From a bacterium (lineage in GTDB: Bacteria; CAYTYR01; UBA6262): a DNA stretch of 64,000 nucleotides. Below, one piece after another: positions 31,391 to 41,689 of the stretch. The position numbers were made by a program, and so were the translations under genes. Location of the stretch: positions 5,303 through 69,302 of the forward strand of contig JAQTPL010000002.1 of NCBI GenBank assembly GCA_028712895.1, in the 5' to 3' direction. Numbering within the stretch: position 1 is the first letter of the stretch; every line of letters begins with the position of its first letter. The notes under the pieces are model-generated. The model was not told the origin of the DNA. It saw nothing but the letters and a program-made list of their open reading frames with translations, and did no database searches.

Positions 31391-32316
31391 TGTTTATTCT
31401 CGCCAAAAACATTTTCAGTATTTTTAATGATCTCTGAAGAAAATCTTATATCCAGCCGCGCGGCGGTAGACAGGTTCAAGGAAAAAGTTGTTCTCCGTGG
31501 TTTGACCGGTTTAATATCGCCGGGTTTTTCCCCATTCAGTATGCGCAAAGCTATTTCCCCGGCCTGCCGGCCCAGGTCCACATAGTCGCAATCAATAGAG
31601 AGCAAAGCGCCGGATTTAGAATGATACTTGGATAATCCAATGACGGGGAATCTTTGCCGCAGGCTTTCCAGCAGGAGGTATTTTACAGACTGGGGGAAAT
31701 AGATCTTAGCATCCGGGACCATCAGCAGGCAATTGATCTGCCAGGTTATATCTGCCAACGCTGCTGGTAATTCTTTTTCATTATTTACTTTACGCTTAAC
31801 CAGTTGCAGACCAAGTTCAGCGCTGGCCTGGGTCAAGTCCGCGATCCTGTTGGCTGAATCCGCGGTATAGATCACGCCTATTTTTTTACCTTCAGGAAAT
31901 ACTTTTTGCAGGGATTCCAACTGCATTTTCACTGGCACATCCAGCAGTACCCCGGCAATATTTGTGCCGGTTAATTTTTCCGGATTCAGAACCATGGAAT
32001 ATACTATGGGCTTGTTTTTAAATGACTGCTCAGCTAGTTTGGCGGCCTTGGTGCCGATCGCAAAAATAATATCCGGTTTTTCGGCTATTACCTGGTCCAC
32101 GATTTTCTGCTGATTATTATCCTGCAAAAAATACTCGGTAAACCATAAAGCCATTTTTTTTCCCTTGATCAGCTCTTTAAATCCCGCCCAGGACTGCAAA
32201 TATGGTTCTATATCTGAAGAATAAATAACCGAAACCAGTGCCCGCTCTACCGCCCAGCACTGGCTCCAGGTTAATACCAGTATAATTATGGATAGTAGTA
32301 TCGCTTTAATCTTCAT
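31387..32316 (-). CDS. Periplasmic substrate-binding protein of the uncharacterised ABC-type family (COG2984 / ABC_sub_bind-like), paralog 1
   Basis: Signal peptide. Paralogous to 34533-35480 (shared KPDIIFAIGTKAAKLA..., GVIYTADSA..., LLSIDCDYVDLGRQAGEIA). No ABC permease or ATPase genes nearby. Confidence 0.6.
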   Translation of the reverse strand: MKIKAILLSIIILVLTWSQCWAVERALVSVIYSSDIEPYLQSWAGFKELIKGKKMALWFTEYFLQDNNQQKIVDQVIAEKPDIIFAIGTKAAKLAEQSFKNKPIVYSMVLNPEKLTGTNIAGVLLDVPVKMQLESLQKVFPEGKKIGVIYTADSANRIADLTQASAELGLQLVKRKVNNEKELPAALADITWQINCLLMVPDAKIYFPQSVKYLLLESLRQRFPVIGLSKYHSKSGALLSIDCDYVDLGRQAGEIALRILNGEKPGDIKPVKPRRTTFSLNLSTAARLDIRFSSEIIKNTENVFGENKQ

Positions 32317-32336
32317 TCTTCGGATAAATCCTTTTT

Positions 32337-34511
32337 TTACCAGAGATAGCTTACCTTTACTTCATAATAACAAGGATTGATTTCCTGCATATGGCCGGGG
32401 TCCAAGGAACTGCCGGAAAGATAATGTGCATTAAACACATTCTTGCCAATAACGCTCAGATTAAGATTCTCCCTAAGCACGTTTTTAGCCGTACCAGCCA
32501 GGTCCAGTTGGGTTCCCCCGTTAAAATTATATCCTGACCAGCCGCCACCAGCCCGATCACCGCGCACCTGGATTTTTTGATGGACTTTGTAAACACCAGA
32601 AATACTATATTGATCGGTGAAATCACAATAAGCTCCCAACGCTATATTATAGCGCGGTACCGCTGACTTATTAAAATCTGAGTCTATTTCAGTGTCGATG
32701 ACCCCGGTTCCTCCGGCTAACCCGGAGACAATATTGGCAATTTTGTTCTTCAGTAATTGGCTGCCGGAAATAAAACCTCCCATATTTTTCCAGTCATACG
32801 AAATATTAGCTTCTAATCCCCTTACCTGTTGATCGCCAACGTTAAAGAAGCCACGCAAGTCACCGGTATTCGGCCTGATTGTCGGCCACCCTGGGCCAAC
32901 ATATACAAAGTTGACAAAATCATACAAAATGGCTTGATAATAACTGGCTAGGACTTTCATATTTTTGATCGGTTTCCAATCCACGACCAATTCAGTGGAT
33001 TCTGACGTTGTTGCCTTCTGCGAACCTCTCTTGTTGATATTGTTATATTCTGAATAGCGTTCGTTAGTATTCAATCTGGTAAAAGCCTGTTCATAAATCG
33101 CTTTAAAATACAAATTTTCTAAAGGATTGTAAACGAACGCACTCTTGGGGAAAAATTGGTGCATTTTTTCCCGCTCATCGCGGAACTGGTCCCCGGGATT
33201 GAATTCAGACACATACCGTCCACCGCCAGTCAGGCTGACCTTATCATTCAGTTTATACTTAGCATCAATATATATTTCAGTGGCTGCCACATCATTGCTC
33301 ATTTCAGTCAGAGTCGGTAAATATTCCGGTGGGTCAACGAGATTACCGGTACCAGCCACATTAGGGTCCCAGTTACGCGTAACTGGATTCCATGAAACCA
33401 CAGGGCCTGAGCCTTGGGGGCTCCAGATACTAGCTTGTGCTCCTAAAACGATATTTAATTTATCATTCGGAATAAGTAAAAAACTACTGTCTATCTCATA
33501 TCTTTTTTCCGATTTTAGTTCATAGGAATCAGCATCGTCATTAGCCTTAAAACGAAATACATCATACATCTGATAAAAATTATTAAACCGTATAGTCGTG
33601 GTCCAGTCAGTATTTTTCATAATTTCCGGTTTTTTGATCACAACATTGAGATCATCAGCATAATTTTCTACATATTTGGTTCGGTTAGTACCATCGGCAT
33701 TTGGATGCTCCCGGGCCACCCTTTCTTCCAAGCGCCGATACGCAATAGTAAAATCTTTGTAATTAATATTGGTAAAGATCTGGTAATCCGGCAAAGGATT
33801 GGCTAAATTCGCTCCGTCCATCCGCACATGACTAATAGAACCCCATTCTTCTGCTACCCTGACCGCACCCTTATAGTAAGTCGAATTGATCAGGAATTGA
33901 TAGCTCAAATCTTCCGAAGGATTTTGCGAATAATTAACATTGTATCTGGACATACCATATTCGCCTAAAACGATGCTGGTATTCAAACCCTGGAACGTAT
34001 CCGGGCCCTTATGGATGATATTAATAGTCCCTTGTGTCCCCTGCCCGCCCCAAATTGAAGTACTGGGACCTTTGATAATCTCGATCCGTTCAACATCGTC
34101 AAAAGTGTTAGGCCAGTTATTTTCTCCTAATCCCAAAAAAGTCGGAAAAAGCATGCCATCATAAAGAAAGAGCACTTTATCATTAGCATACCCAGAGACA
34201 CCGCGCAAAGCCAAAACCTCATCAGTTCCCTTAAAAGTATGCCAGCCGCCTTCGATCACCTCAAACAGGTCATTGATATTCCTGATCGCATACCTTTCCA
34301 GAAACTTCCCGGGTATAACCGTAACGTTAGCCGCGGCTTCGTAGGTTTTCTCCGGACGCTTAGTCACGCCGGTGACATTGTCTGAAAATATAAATTCTTC
34401 TTCTGTCCGCTCCTCCAGGCCCTCCGCAGACAATAATTCAGTTTGAACCAAGCTGAATAAAATACCGCAAAATATAGCCGCTAAGATTAACCGGTTGACC
34501 CTGATCTTCAT
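32337..34511 (-). CDS. TonB-dependent outer-membrane receptor, paralog 1
   Basis: Signal peptide and plug domain (ANVTVIPGKFLERYAIRNINDLFE...LRGVSGYANDKVLFLYDGM...IEIIKGPSTSIWGGQGTQGTINII). C-terminal beta-barrel ends ...YYEVKVSYLW (terminal aromatic). Confidence 0.8.
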   Translation of the reverse strand: MKIRVNRLILAAIFCGILFSLVQTELLSAEGLEERTEEEFIFSDNVTGVTKRPEKTYEAAANVTVIPGKFLERYAIRNINDLFEVIEGGWHTFKGTDEVLALRGVSGYANDKVLFLYDGMLFPTFLGLGENNWPNTFDDVERIEIIKGPSTSIWGGQGTQGTINIIHKGPDTFQGLNTSIVLGEYGMSRYNVNYSQNPSEDLSYQFLINSTYYKGAVRVAEEWGSISHVRMDGANLANPLPDYQIFTNINYKDFTIAYRRLEERVAREHPNADGTNRTKYVENYADDLNVVIKKPEIMKNTDWTTTIRFNNFYQMYDVFRFKANDDADSYELKSEKRYEIDSSFLLIPNDKLNIVLGAQASIWSPQGSGPVVSWNPVTRNWDPNVAGTGNLVDPPEYLPTLTEMSNDVAATEIYIDAKYKLNDKVSLTGGGRYVSEFNPGDQFRDEREKMHQFFPKSAFVYNPLENLYFKAIYEQAFTRLNTNERYSEYNNINKRGSQKATTSESTELVVDWKPIKNMKVLASYYQAILYDFVNFVYVGPGWPTIRPNTGDLRGFFNVGDQQVRGLEANISYDWKNMGGFISGSQLLKNKIANIVSGLAGGTGVIDTEIDSDFNKSAVPRYNIALGAYCDFTDQYSISGVYKVHQKIQVRGDRAGGGWSGYNFNGGTQLDLAGTAKNVLRENLNLSVIGKNVFNAHYLSGSSLDPGHMQEINPCYYEVKVSYLW

Positions 34512-34532
34512 GTGCTTCTCCTTTCTGCATGG

Positions 34533-35480
34533 TTATCTATTTGCCTCGCCATAAATATAAGCCGCCTCACGCTTAATAGCCGTTGGTATTTCCAGGGCTA
34601 TTTTTTCAGCTACGGCTAAATTCAATGAAACCTTGATTTGTCTTGGCATTACCGGCGGCATGTCCGACGGCTTGGCTCCGTCAATTATCTTGATCGCTAT
34701 CTCCCCGGCCTGCCGGCCTAACTCCAGGTAATCGCAGTCAAAGGAAATGACCGCGCCATCTTTACTATAAAACCGGGATAATCCCACTACCGGGAATTTT
34801 TCTTTTATACTCTCCTGCAATAAGTACCGTACGGATTGGGAAAAATAAATGGTCGTATCAGGCAACATAATAAAACATTCTATTTGCGGCCGTATATTCC
34901 TGAGCGCATCGGGAAATTGTTTTTCTGAAGCGATCTTTTTAGATACCAGCGGCCAATCCAGCTCCTTACAAGCTTGTTGTAATTCAGCCAATTCGGCTAA
35001 CGACTTATCCGAGTAGATCACGCCGAGCTTTTTACTGGTGCCATAGATCTTCTTCAGGTATTCCAGTTTGAGCTTAGCGGGTATATCCATCAGCACCCCG
35101 GAAACATTGGACGCTTCGATCATTTCCGGCTCGAGCACCAGCACAAAAACAATGGGAATAGCCTTGAAATTGGCTTGAGCCAGTTTAGTGGCTTTGGTCC
35201 CCAAAGCAAGAATAAAATCAGGTTTCTCGGCATTGACCTGGCCTAAGATCTTTTCCGGGGATTGTTCTTTCAAGATATATTTTGAGATCCAAAGAGCCAC
35301 TTTTTTTGCCGTTAAAAATGACTTAAACCCTTCCCAAGCTTGCTGGTATGGTTCACTGTCGGAAGAATAGATAACTGAAACTATGATTCGTTCAGCAGCA
35401 TAGGCACGATCTGCTGCATAAAGCGGACTTAAGCAAAAAACAACTAATAACAAAATCCCAATAAGTGCTACACATTTCAT
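34533..35480 (-). CDS. Periplasmic substrate-binding protein (COG2984-like), paralog 2
   Basis: Signal peptide. Paralog of 31387-32316. Confidence 0.6.
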   Translation of the reverse strand: MKCVALIGILLLVVFCLSPLYAADRAYAAERIIVSVIYSSDSEPYQQAWEGFKSFLTAKKVALWISKYILKEQSPEKILGQVNAEKPDFILALGTKATKLAQANFKAIPIVFVLVLEPEMIEASNVSGVLMDIPAKLKLEYLKKIYGTSKKLGVIYSDKSLAELAELQQACKELDWPLVSKKIASEKQFPDALRNIRPQIECFIMLPDTTIYFSQSVRYLLQESIKEKFPVVGLSRFYSKDGAVISFDCDYLELGRQAGEIAIKIIDGAKPSDMPPVMPRQIKVSLNLAVAEKIALEIPTAIKREAAYIYGEANR

Positions 35481-35500
35481 ATATTGATGGTGCTCCTATA

Positions 35501-37657
35501 TTACCAGAGATAACTTGCCTTTACTTCATAATAAGAAGGATTAATTTCCTGCATATGGCCTGGATCCATGGCACTACCCGTCAGGTAATGCGAATTAAAA
35601 ACATTCTTACCTATTATGCTCAGATCCAGGTTCTTAGTACCGACATTCCGGGCTACAGCGGCCAGGTCCAACTGGGAGCCTCCCTCAAAATTATAACCAG
35701 ACCAGCCACCGCCACTGCGATCACCTCTGACCTGTATTTTTTGATGGACCTTATAAACGCCGGAGATACTATAGTTCTGCGTAACATCGTAATATGCGCC
35801 TAGGGAAATATTGTATCTCGGAACCGCTGACTTATTAAAATCTGAGTCTATTTCAGTGTCGATGACCCCAGTCCCACCGGCCAGCCCCGGAACAATGTTA
35901 GCGATCTTGTTTTTCAACAACTGGCTGCCGGAGATGAATCCGCCCATATTCTTCCAGTCATAAGAAATATTCGCCTCCAAGCCCTTTACTTGCTGGTCGC
36001 CCACATTAAAGAACCCACGTAGGTCACCGCTATCCGGCCTGATAACCGGCCAACCCAAACCAACATAAACAAAATTAACAAAGTCAAACAATATCGCCTG
36101 GTAGTAACTGGCCAGGACTTTCATGTTTTTTATCGGTTTCCAATCAATTACCAATTCTGTAGATTCGGTGGTAGTGGCTTTCTGCGAACCACGTTTATCT
36201 ATGTTATTCTGCTCGGAATACCTTTCAAAAGTATTCAACCTGGTGAAAGCCTGCTGATAAATACCTTTAATATAAAGATCGCCCAGTGGATTGTAAACCA
36301 CAGCCATTTTGGGAAAAAACTTGTGCAACTTCTCTCTTTCATCCCGAAACTGGTCACCCGGGTTAAATTCTCCCACATAGCGGCCACCGCCAATGAGGTC
36401 AACTTCTTCTAAAATTTGATACTTTACATCAAGATAGGTTTCAAAAGCAGCGATATCGTTAGCCATTTCTGTAAAAGTCGGCAAAAATTCCGGTGGATTA
36501 AAGATATTGCCCGAATCGGGAACATTAGGATCCCAATTACGGGTAATCGGATTCCAGATAACAGAAGGACCTGATCCCTGTGGACTCCACAACCCAGCTT
36601 GGGCTCCTACTACCAGGTCCAGTTTCTCTGTTGGGACGATCATTAAATTTGAGTCAACTTCGTATCTCTTCTCGGTTTTCATCTCATAAGCGCCGCTGCC
36701 CGCGTTCGGATCAGTAATATGGAACACATCATACATCTGGTAAAAATTATTGAAACGAAAAGTCGAAGTCCATTCTGTGTTCTTAAAATATTCCGGTTTC
36801 TTTAGCACCAGGTTAACATCATCCGCGAAATTTTCAATATAGAGCTTTCTCACTAATCCGGGGGCGGGCATTTCTTCCCTGGTCACCCTGCCTTCCAAGC
36901 GGCGGTACGCCAAGGTCACATCACGATAAACCAAATTAGCAAAAACCTGGTAATCCGGCAGAGGATTAGTTAGATCGGCACCGTCGACTGACCTTATTTG
37001 TATACCGCCCCATTCTTCGGTCATACGCCGAGCGCCTTTGTAAAAAGCAGAGTTCACCAAAAATTGGTAACTAATATCTTCAGTTGGTTTTTTGGCATAA
37101 TTAATGTTATACCGTGACATTCCATACTTACCCACCACCAGGCTAGTTCTTAAACCCTGAAACTGGGTAGCACCTTTATGAATGATGTTGACAGTTCCCT
37201 GCGTACCTTGACCACCCCAAATGGAAGTATTCGGCCCCTTAATTATTTCAATCTTCTCCACATCATCGAAAGTATTCGGCAACCGGTTCTCACCCAAACC
37301 TAAAAATGTCGGGAAAAGCATGCCATCATAAAGGAACAGGATCTTATCATTAGCATACCCGGAGACACCGCGTAGCACCAATACCTCATCTACACCTTTC
37401 ATAGTGTGCCAGCTGCCTTCTAGTATTTCAAATAGATCATTGATATTACTGATCGCATACCTTTCCAGAAATTTTCCGGGGATCACTGTCACATTAGCTG
37501 CAGCTTCATAGGTTTTTTCCTGCCGCTTAGTGACACCGACAACAACTTCTTCGAATAATATTTGTTCTTCGGTCATTTCTTCTTGGGCAAAGGCTGGCGG
37601 ATTTCTTAGCCCTACTATCACTGCTAAAATTGCTATTATTCGTAATCCCTTAAACAT
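35501..37657 (-). CDS. TonB-dependent outer-membrane receptor, paralog 2
   Basis: Same plug and barrel architecture. Long stretches are identical to paralogs 1 and 3. Confidence 0.8.
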   Translation of the reverse strand: MFKGLRIIAILAVIVGLRNPPAFAQEEMTEEQILFEEVVVGVTKRQEKTYEAAANVTVIPGKFLERYAISNINDLFEILEGSWHTMKGVDEVLVLRGVSGYANDKILFLYDGMLFPTFLGLGENRLPNTFDDVEKIEIIKGPNTSIWGGQGTQGTVNIIHKGATQFQGLRTSLVVGKYGMSRYNINYAKKPTEDISYQFLVNSAFYKGARRMTEEWGGIQIRSVDGADLTNPLPDYQVFANLVYRDVTLAYRRLEGRVTREEMPAPGLVRKLYIENFADDVNLVLKKPEYFKNTEWTSTFRFNNFYQMYDVFHITDPNAGSGAYEMKTEKRYEVDSNLMIVPTEKLDLVVGAQAGLWSPQGSGPSVIWNPITRNWDPNVPDSGNIFNPPEFLPTFTEMANDIAAFETYLDVKYQILEEVDLIGGGRYVGEFNPGDQFRDEREKLHKFFPKMAVVYNPLGDLYIKGIYQQAFTRLNTFERYSEQNNIDKRGSQKATTTESTELVIDWKPIKNMKVLASYYQAILFDFVNFVYVGLGWPVIRPDSGDLRGFFNVGDQQVKGLEANISYDWKNMGGFISGSQLLKNKIANIVPGLAGGTGVIDTEIDSDFNKSAVPRYNISLGAYYDVTQNYSISGVYKVHQKIQVRGDRSGGGWSGYNFEGGSQLDLAAVARNVGTKNLDLSIIGKNVFNSHYLTGSAMDPGHMQEINPSYYEVKASYLW

Positions 37658-37684
37658 TTGTTTTTCTCCAATCTCATTTTCGGT

Positions 37685-39832
37685 TTACCAGAGATAACTG
37701 ACTTTTGCTTCATAATATTCAGGATTTATTTCCTGGAAATGACCCGGGTCCATGGCACTGCCGGTACCAAAATGGGAATTAAATACATTTTTACCGATAA
37801 TACTTAAAGCCAATCCCTTAGTTAAAACATCGTGGAAATTGGCCGCCAGGTCAAGTTGCGCTCCCCCGTTAAAATTATAACCAGACCAGCCGCCGCCATT
37901 TAGATCCCCCCGGACCTGTATCTTTTGATGGACTTTATAGACACCGGACAGGCTGCAATGCTTGTTCAGGTCATAGTAAGAGCCTACGCTGATATTATAT
38001 CTGGGTACTGAAGATTTATTGAAATCACTATCTATTTCCGTATCAATGACTCCGGTTCCTCCAGCTAAACCAGGGACAATATTAGCGATCTTGTTCTTCA
38101 ACAGATGACTGCCGGAAATAAACCCGCCCATATTCTGCCAGTCGTAGGATATATGAGCTTCTACTCCTTTGACCTGATGATCACCGACATTGAAGAATCC
38201 TCTTAATTGACCAGGACCCAAAGTCGGCCAGGAAGTACCGGTATACACAAAATTAACAAAATCATAAAGAGTCGCTTGATAATAACTGGCCAGGATTTTC
38301 ATATTATTGATCGGCCGCCAGTCAAAGACTAATTCACTGGATTCACTGGTGGTCGCTTTTTGACTGCCTCTCTTGTCTATATTGATCTGTTCCGAGTATC
38401 TTTCTGTTGTATTCAACCTGGTAAAAGCTTGTTGATATATCCCTTTCACATAGACGTTCGCCAAGGGATTATAAACCACCGCCAATTTCGGGAAAAATTT
38501 ATGGAGTTTTTCCCGCTCATCCCGGAATTGGTCGCCGGGATTAAATTCGCCGACATACCGGCCGCCGGCGGTTAAACTTAGTTCTTTCAAGACATCATAT
38601 TTAGCGTCAAGGTAGGTCTCCACTGCCGCGATATCATTACCCATTTCCGTGAAAGTAGGCAGGAATTCGGGCGGATCGATCACATTGCCGCTACCCGGCG
38701 TATTAGGATCCCAGCTCCTGGTCCAAGGATTCCAGGATGCGGTAGGACCGGAACCCTGCGAGCTCCAAACTCCCGCTTGCGCGCCAAAAATTATGCTTAA
38801 CTTGTCCACCGGGATGATCAATAAATGGGAATCAACTTCATATCTCTTCTCCGCTTTCATTTCATATGTATCGGGAAGATCATTGGGATTAAAATGAAAT
38901 ACGTCATACATCTGGTAAAAATTATTGAACCTGATAGTCGTGGTCCAATCAGTATTTTTGAAATAGTCCGGTTTCTTTATTACCGCGTTCACATCATCGG
39001 CATAATTTTCAATATATTTTTTACGGTAACTGCCGTCATAGTTGGTAATATGCTTGGCCACTCTTTCTTCCAACCGGCGAAAAGCCAGGGTAAATTCTTT
39101 ATAGGTTATATTGGCAAAAACCTGGTAATCCGGCAGGGGATTGGCCATGTCCGCTCCATCTACTACCTGTGACGTCACAGTTCCCCAACCTTCAGAAGAC
39201 CTCCAAGCCCCTCTATAATAAGCAGTATTTACCAGGAATTGATAGCTCAGGTCAGGATCAGGATTCTGGACATAATTTAAATTATAACGGGCCATGCCAA
39301 ACTTGCCGACGACCAGGCTGGTTTTCAAACCCGTGAACTGTTCCGCTCCCTGATGGATAATATTGATCGTCCCCTGCGTGCCCTGCCCTCCCCAAACTGA
39401 GGTATTAGGACCTTTGATGATCTCTATTTTTTCCACATCATCGAATGTATTCGGCCAATTATTCTCGCCCAAACCCAAAAAGGTCGGGAAAAGCATCCCG
39501 TCATAGAGGAAAAGGATCTTATCATTGGCATAGCCGGAGACACCACGTAGCACTAAAACTTCATCCGATCCCTTCCAGGTATGCCAGCCGCCTTCCAGCA
39601 CTTCAAAAAGGTCATTCATATTGCGGATCGCGTAACGTTCCAAAAATTTCCTCGGGATGACTGTAACATTGGCCGCGGCACTAAATGTTTTCTCCTGCCT
39701 CCTGGTAACGCCGGTGACTACTTCTTCAAATAATATCTGTTCTTCCGTCATTTCTTCGGTTATTATTGCCGCTTGGCTGTTACCGCCAATGAAAATCATC
39801 AAGATCAACGCCATGATCGCCTTTTTTATCAT
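37685..39832 (-). CDS. TonB-dependent outer-membrane receptor, paralog 3
   Basis: Same architecture. Ends ...YYEAKVSYLW. Confidence 0.8.
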   Translation of the reverse strand: MIKKAIMALILMIFIGGNSQAAIITEEMTEEQILFEEVVTGVTRRQEKTFSAAANVTVIPRKFLERYAIRNMNDLFEVLEGGWHTWKGSDEVLVLRGVSGYANDKILFLYDGMLFPTFLGLGENNWPNTFDDVEKIEIIKGPNTSVWGGQGTQGTINIIHQGAEQFTGLKTSLVVGKFGMARYNLNYVQNPDPDLSYQFLVNTAYYRGAWRSSEGWGTVTSQVVDGADMANPLPDYQVFANITYKEFTLAFRRLEERVAKHITNYDGSYRKKYIENYADDVNAVIKKPDYFKNTDWTTTIRFNNFYQMYDVFHFNPNDLPDTYEMKAEKRYEVDSHLLIIPVDKLSIIFGAQAGVWSSQGSGPTASWNPWTRSWDPNTPGSGNVIDPPEFLPTFTEMGNDIAAVETYLDAKYDVLKELSLTAGGRYVGEFNPGDQFRDEREKLHKFFPKLAVVYNPLANVYVKGIYQQAFTRLNTTERYSEQINIDKRGSQKATTSESSELVFDWRPINNMKILASYYQATLYDFVNFVYTGTSWPTLGPGQLRGFFNVGDHQVKGVEAHISYDWQNMGGFISGSHLLKNKIANIVPGLAGGTGVIDTEIDSDFNKSSVPRYNISVGSYYDLNKHCSLSGVYKVHQKIQVRGDLNGGGWSGYNFNGGAQLDLAANFHDVLTKGLALSIIGKNVFNSHFGTGSAMDPGHFQEINPEYYEAKVSYLW

Positions 39833-39991
39833 TCGACTTCTCCTTTTTAGTATCCCATTAAAAAACCCGAATAAAGGCTATCTACCCTTACTCAGGTTTT
39901 TAAATTTGATACAGATATATTATCGCTGAACATCAACGTTAAGCGCATATGTTTATATATCACAATGCGTTATAAGATATCAACTAAAATC

Positions 39992-41623
39992 TTATCCCAG
40001 AATATCCTTTAGATCCTGGTCAGGAGTCGTTATTGGCTTGATATTGAATTTATCCACGAGTACCTGCAGGACATTGGGTGTGATAAAAGCCGGCAGGGTC
40101 GGGCCCAAACGGATATTCTTGATCCCCAGCGACAACAAGGTCAATAGAATGCATACTGCTTTTTGTTCGTACCATGATAGTATCAGCGACAACGGCAGGT
40201 CATTCACGCTGCAATTAAAGGCCACGGCTAAAGCTGAAGCGATCTGGATCGCTGAATAGGCATCATTACACTGGCCGCAGTCCAGGAGACGAGGAAAATC
40301 CCCGATCGTGCCAAAATCCAGACGATTGAACCTGAACTTGCCGCAGGCTAAAGTTAAAATAATACAGTCACTTGGCACTTTCTGGGCAAATTCGGTATAA
40401 TAATTCCGTCCCGGCTTGGCCCCATCACAGCCGCCGATCAGGAAAAAGTGCCTGATTTTTTTATCTTTCACCGCATTGACTATTTTGTCGGCCAGGCTCA
40501 AGACTGTTTTATGGCCAAAGCCCACCATGATCTCTTTTTCTATCTTATCTTCAGTAAAACCACCCAGCTTTTTAGCCTGTGCAATGATCACTTTAAAATC
40601 TTTTTTTCCGTTCTTGGCTTCAATATGCACTTCTCCGGGATATTCCACCAAGCCGGTAGTGTAAATTTTCCCACTATACGATTCATTCGGCTTCTGGATA
40701 CAATTAGTGGTCATCAGTATCACCGCCGGGATCCCGTCAAATTCCTTATGCTGGTTCTGCCAGGCGCTGCCGAAATGACCAACCAGGTGCTTATGCTTCT
40801 TCAGTTCAGGATACCCGTGCGCCGGCAACATTTCGCCATGCGTATAGATATTGACGCCAATCCCTTCAGTCTGTTCCAGGAGTTGCTTCAGGTCCAGCAG
40901 GTCATGCCCGGAGACAATGATCGCCGGCCCTTTTTTCACACCCAAAGGTACATTAGTCGGAACCGGTGAACCAAAAGTATCAGTATGCGCTTTATCCAGT
41001 ATTTCCATGCATTTCAAATTAACCTTACCAAATTCCATGATCAGGGAGACATAATCCCCCGCCGTCAACTTTGGATCCACCAACGCGGCCAATCCCTTAT
41101 AGAAGAAAGCATTCACTTCATCATCTGTCCGGCCAAGAACAGCAGCGTGATCAGCATAAGCTGCCATGCCTTTTATCCCAAAAAGTAATATTTCCCGTAA
41201 ACTGCGGATATCTTCATTAGGGCTCGGGTCTGACAACAATCCTACTTCCAATCCCTGGGCGATCAAGCCAGCCATAGTATCAGCCGGCTGCCAATGCACC
41301 GGCTCCGGCGCATCAGCGGGAATTGCTCCCACTGCTTTTTTCAGTCTTTCCATTATTTTGTATGCCGCATATACTCTGACGGCGATCTTCTCTGAATCAA
41401 AATTAACATTAGTAATGGTGGTGAATAAACCTGTTTGCAGGAATATATCTGCTTCTTTATCTTTAATCCCTTTTGCCCGGGCGAGCAGGCCCAGGAAAGC
41501 GATCCCTTTCATACTAAAGATCAGCAGATCTTGCAGTGTGGCAGTTTCATGGGTTTTACCGCACACTCCATGCTGGGTGCATCCAGTACCTTTTGCGGTT
41601 TGCTCACATTGCCGACAGAACAT
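39992..41623 (-). CDS. hcp: Hybrid-cluster protein / hydroxylamine reductase
   Basis: N-terminal MFCRQCEQTAKGTGCTQHGVCGK cysteine motif and an Hcp-like fold along its 543 aa. Confidence 0.9.
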   Translation of the reverse strand: MFCRQCEQTAKGTGCTQHGVCGKTHETATLQDLLIFSMKGIAFLGLLARAKGIKDKEADIFLQTGLFTTITNVNFDSEKIAVRVYAAYKIMERLKKAVGAIPADAPEPVHWQPADTMAGLIAQGLEVGLLSDPSPNEDIRSLREILLFGIKGMAAYADHAAVLGRTDDEVNAFFYKGLAALVDPKLTAGDYVSLIMEFGKVNLKCMEILDKAHTDTFGSPVPTNVPLGVKKGPAIIVSGHDLLDLKQLLEQTEGIGVNIYTHGEMLPAHGYPELKKHKHLVGHFGSAWQNQHKEFDGIPAVILMTTNCIQKPNESYSGKIYTTGLVEYPGEVHIEAKNGKKDFKVIIAQAKKLGGFTEDKIEKEIMVGFGHKTVLSLADKIVNAVKDKKIRHFFLIGGCDGAKPGRNYYTEFAQKVPSDCIILTLACGKFRFNRLDFGTIGDFPRLLDCGQCNDAYSAIQIASALAVAFNCSVNDLPLSLILSWYEQKAVCILLTLLSLGIKNIRLGPTLPAFITPNVLQVLVDKFNIKPITTPDQDLKDILG

Positions 41624-41665
41624 AATTTCCTCCTTTTAAAAACGATTACACAGATTTTTTAAAGC

Positions 41666-41683
41666 GATTACACCGATTACAAG
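41666..41683. repeat. 18 nt GATTACA-type motif, copy 2 (plus a third gattaca heptamer at 41644-41650)
   Basis: Identical to 21896-21913. Lies 43 nt upstream of the hcp start. Confidence 0.6.
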
Positions 41684-41689
41684 TAAAGA

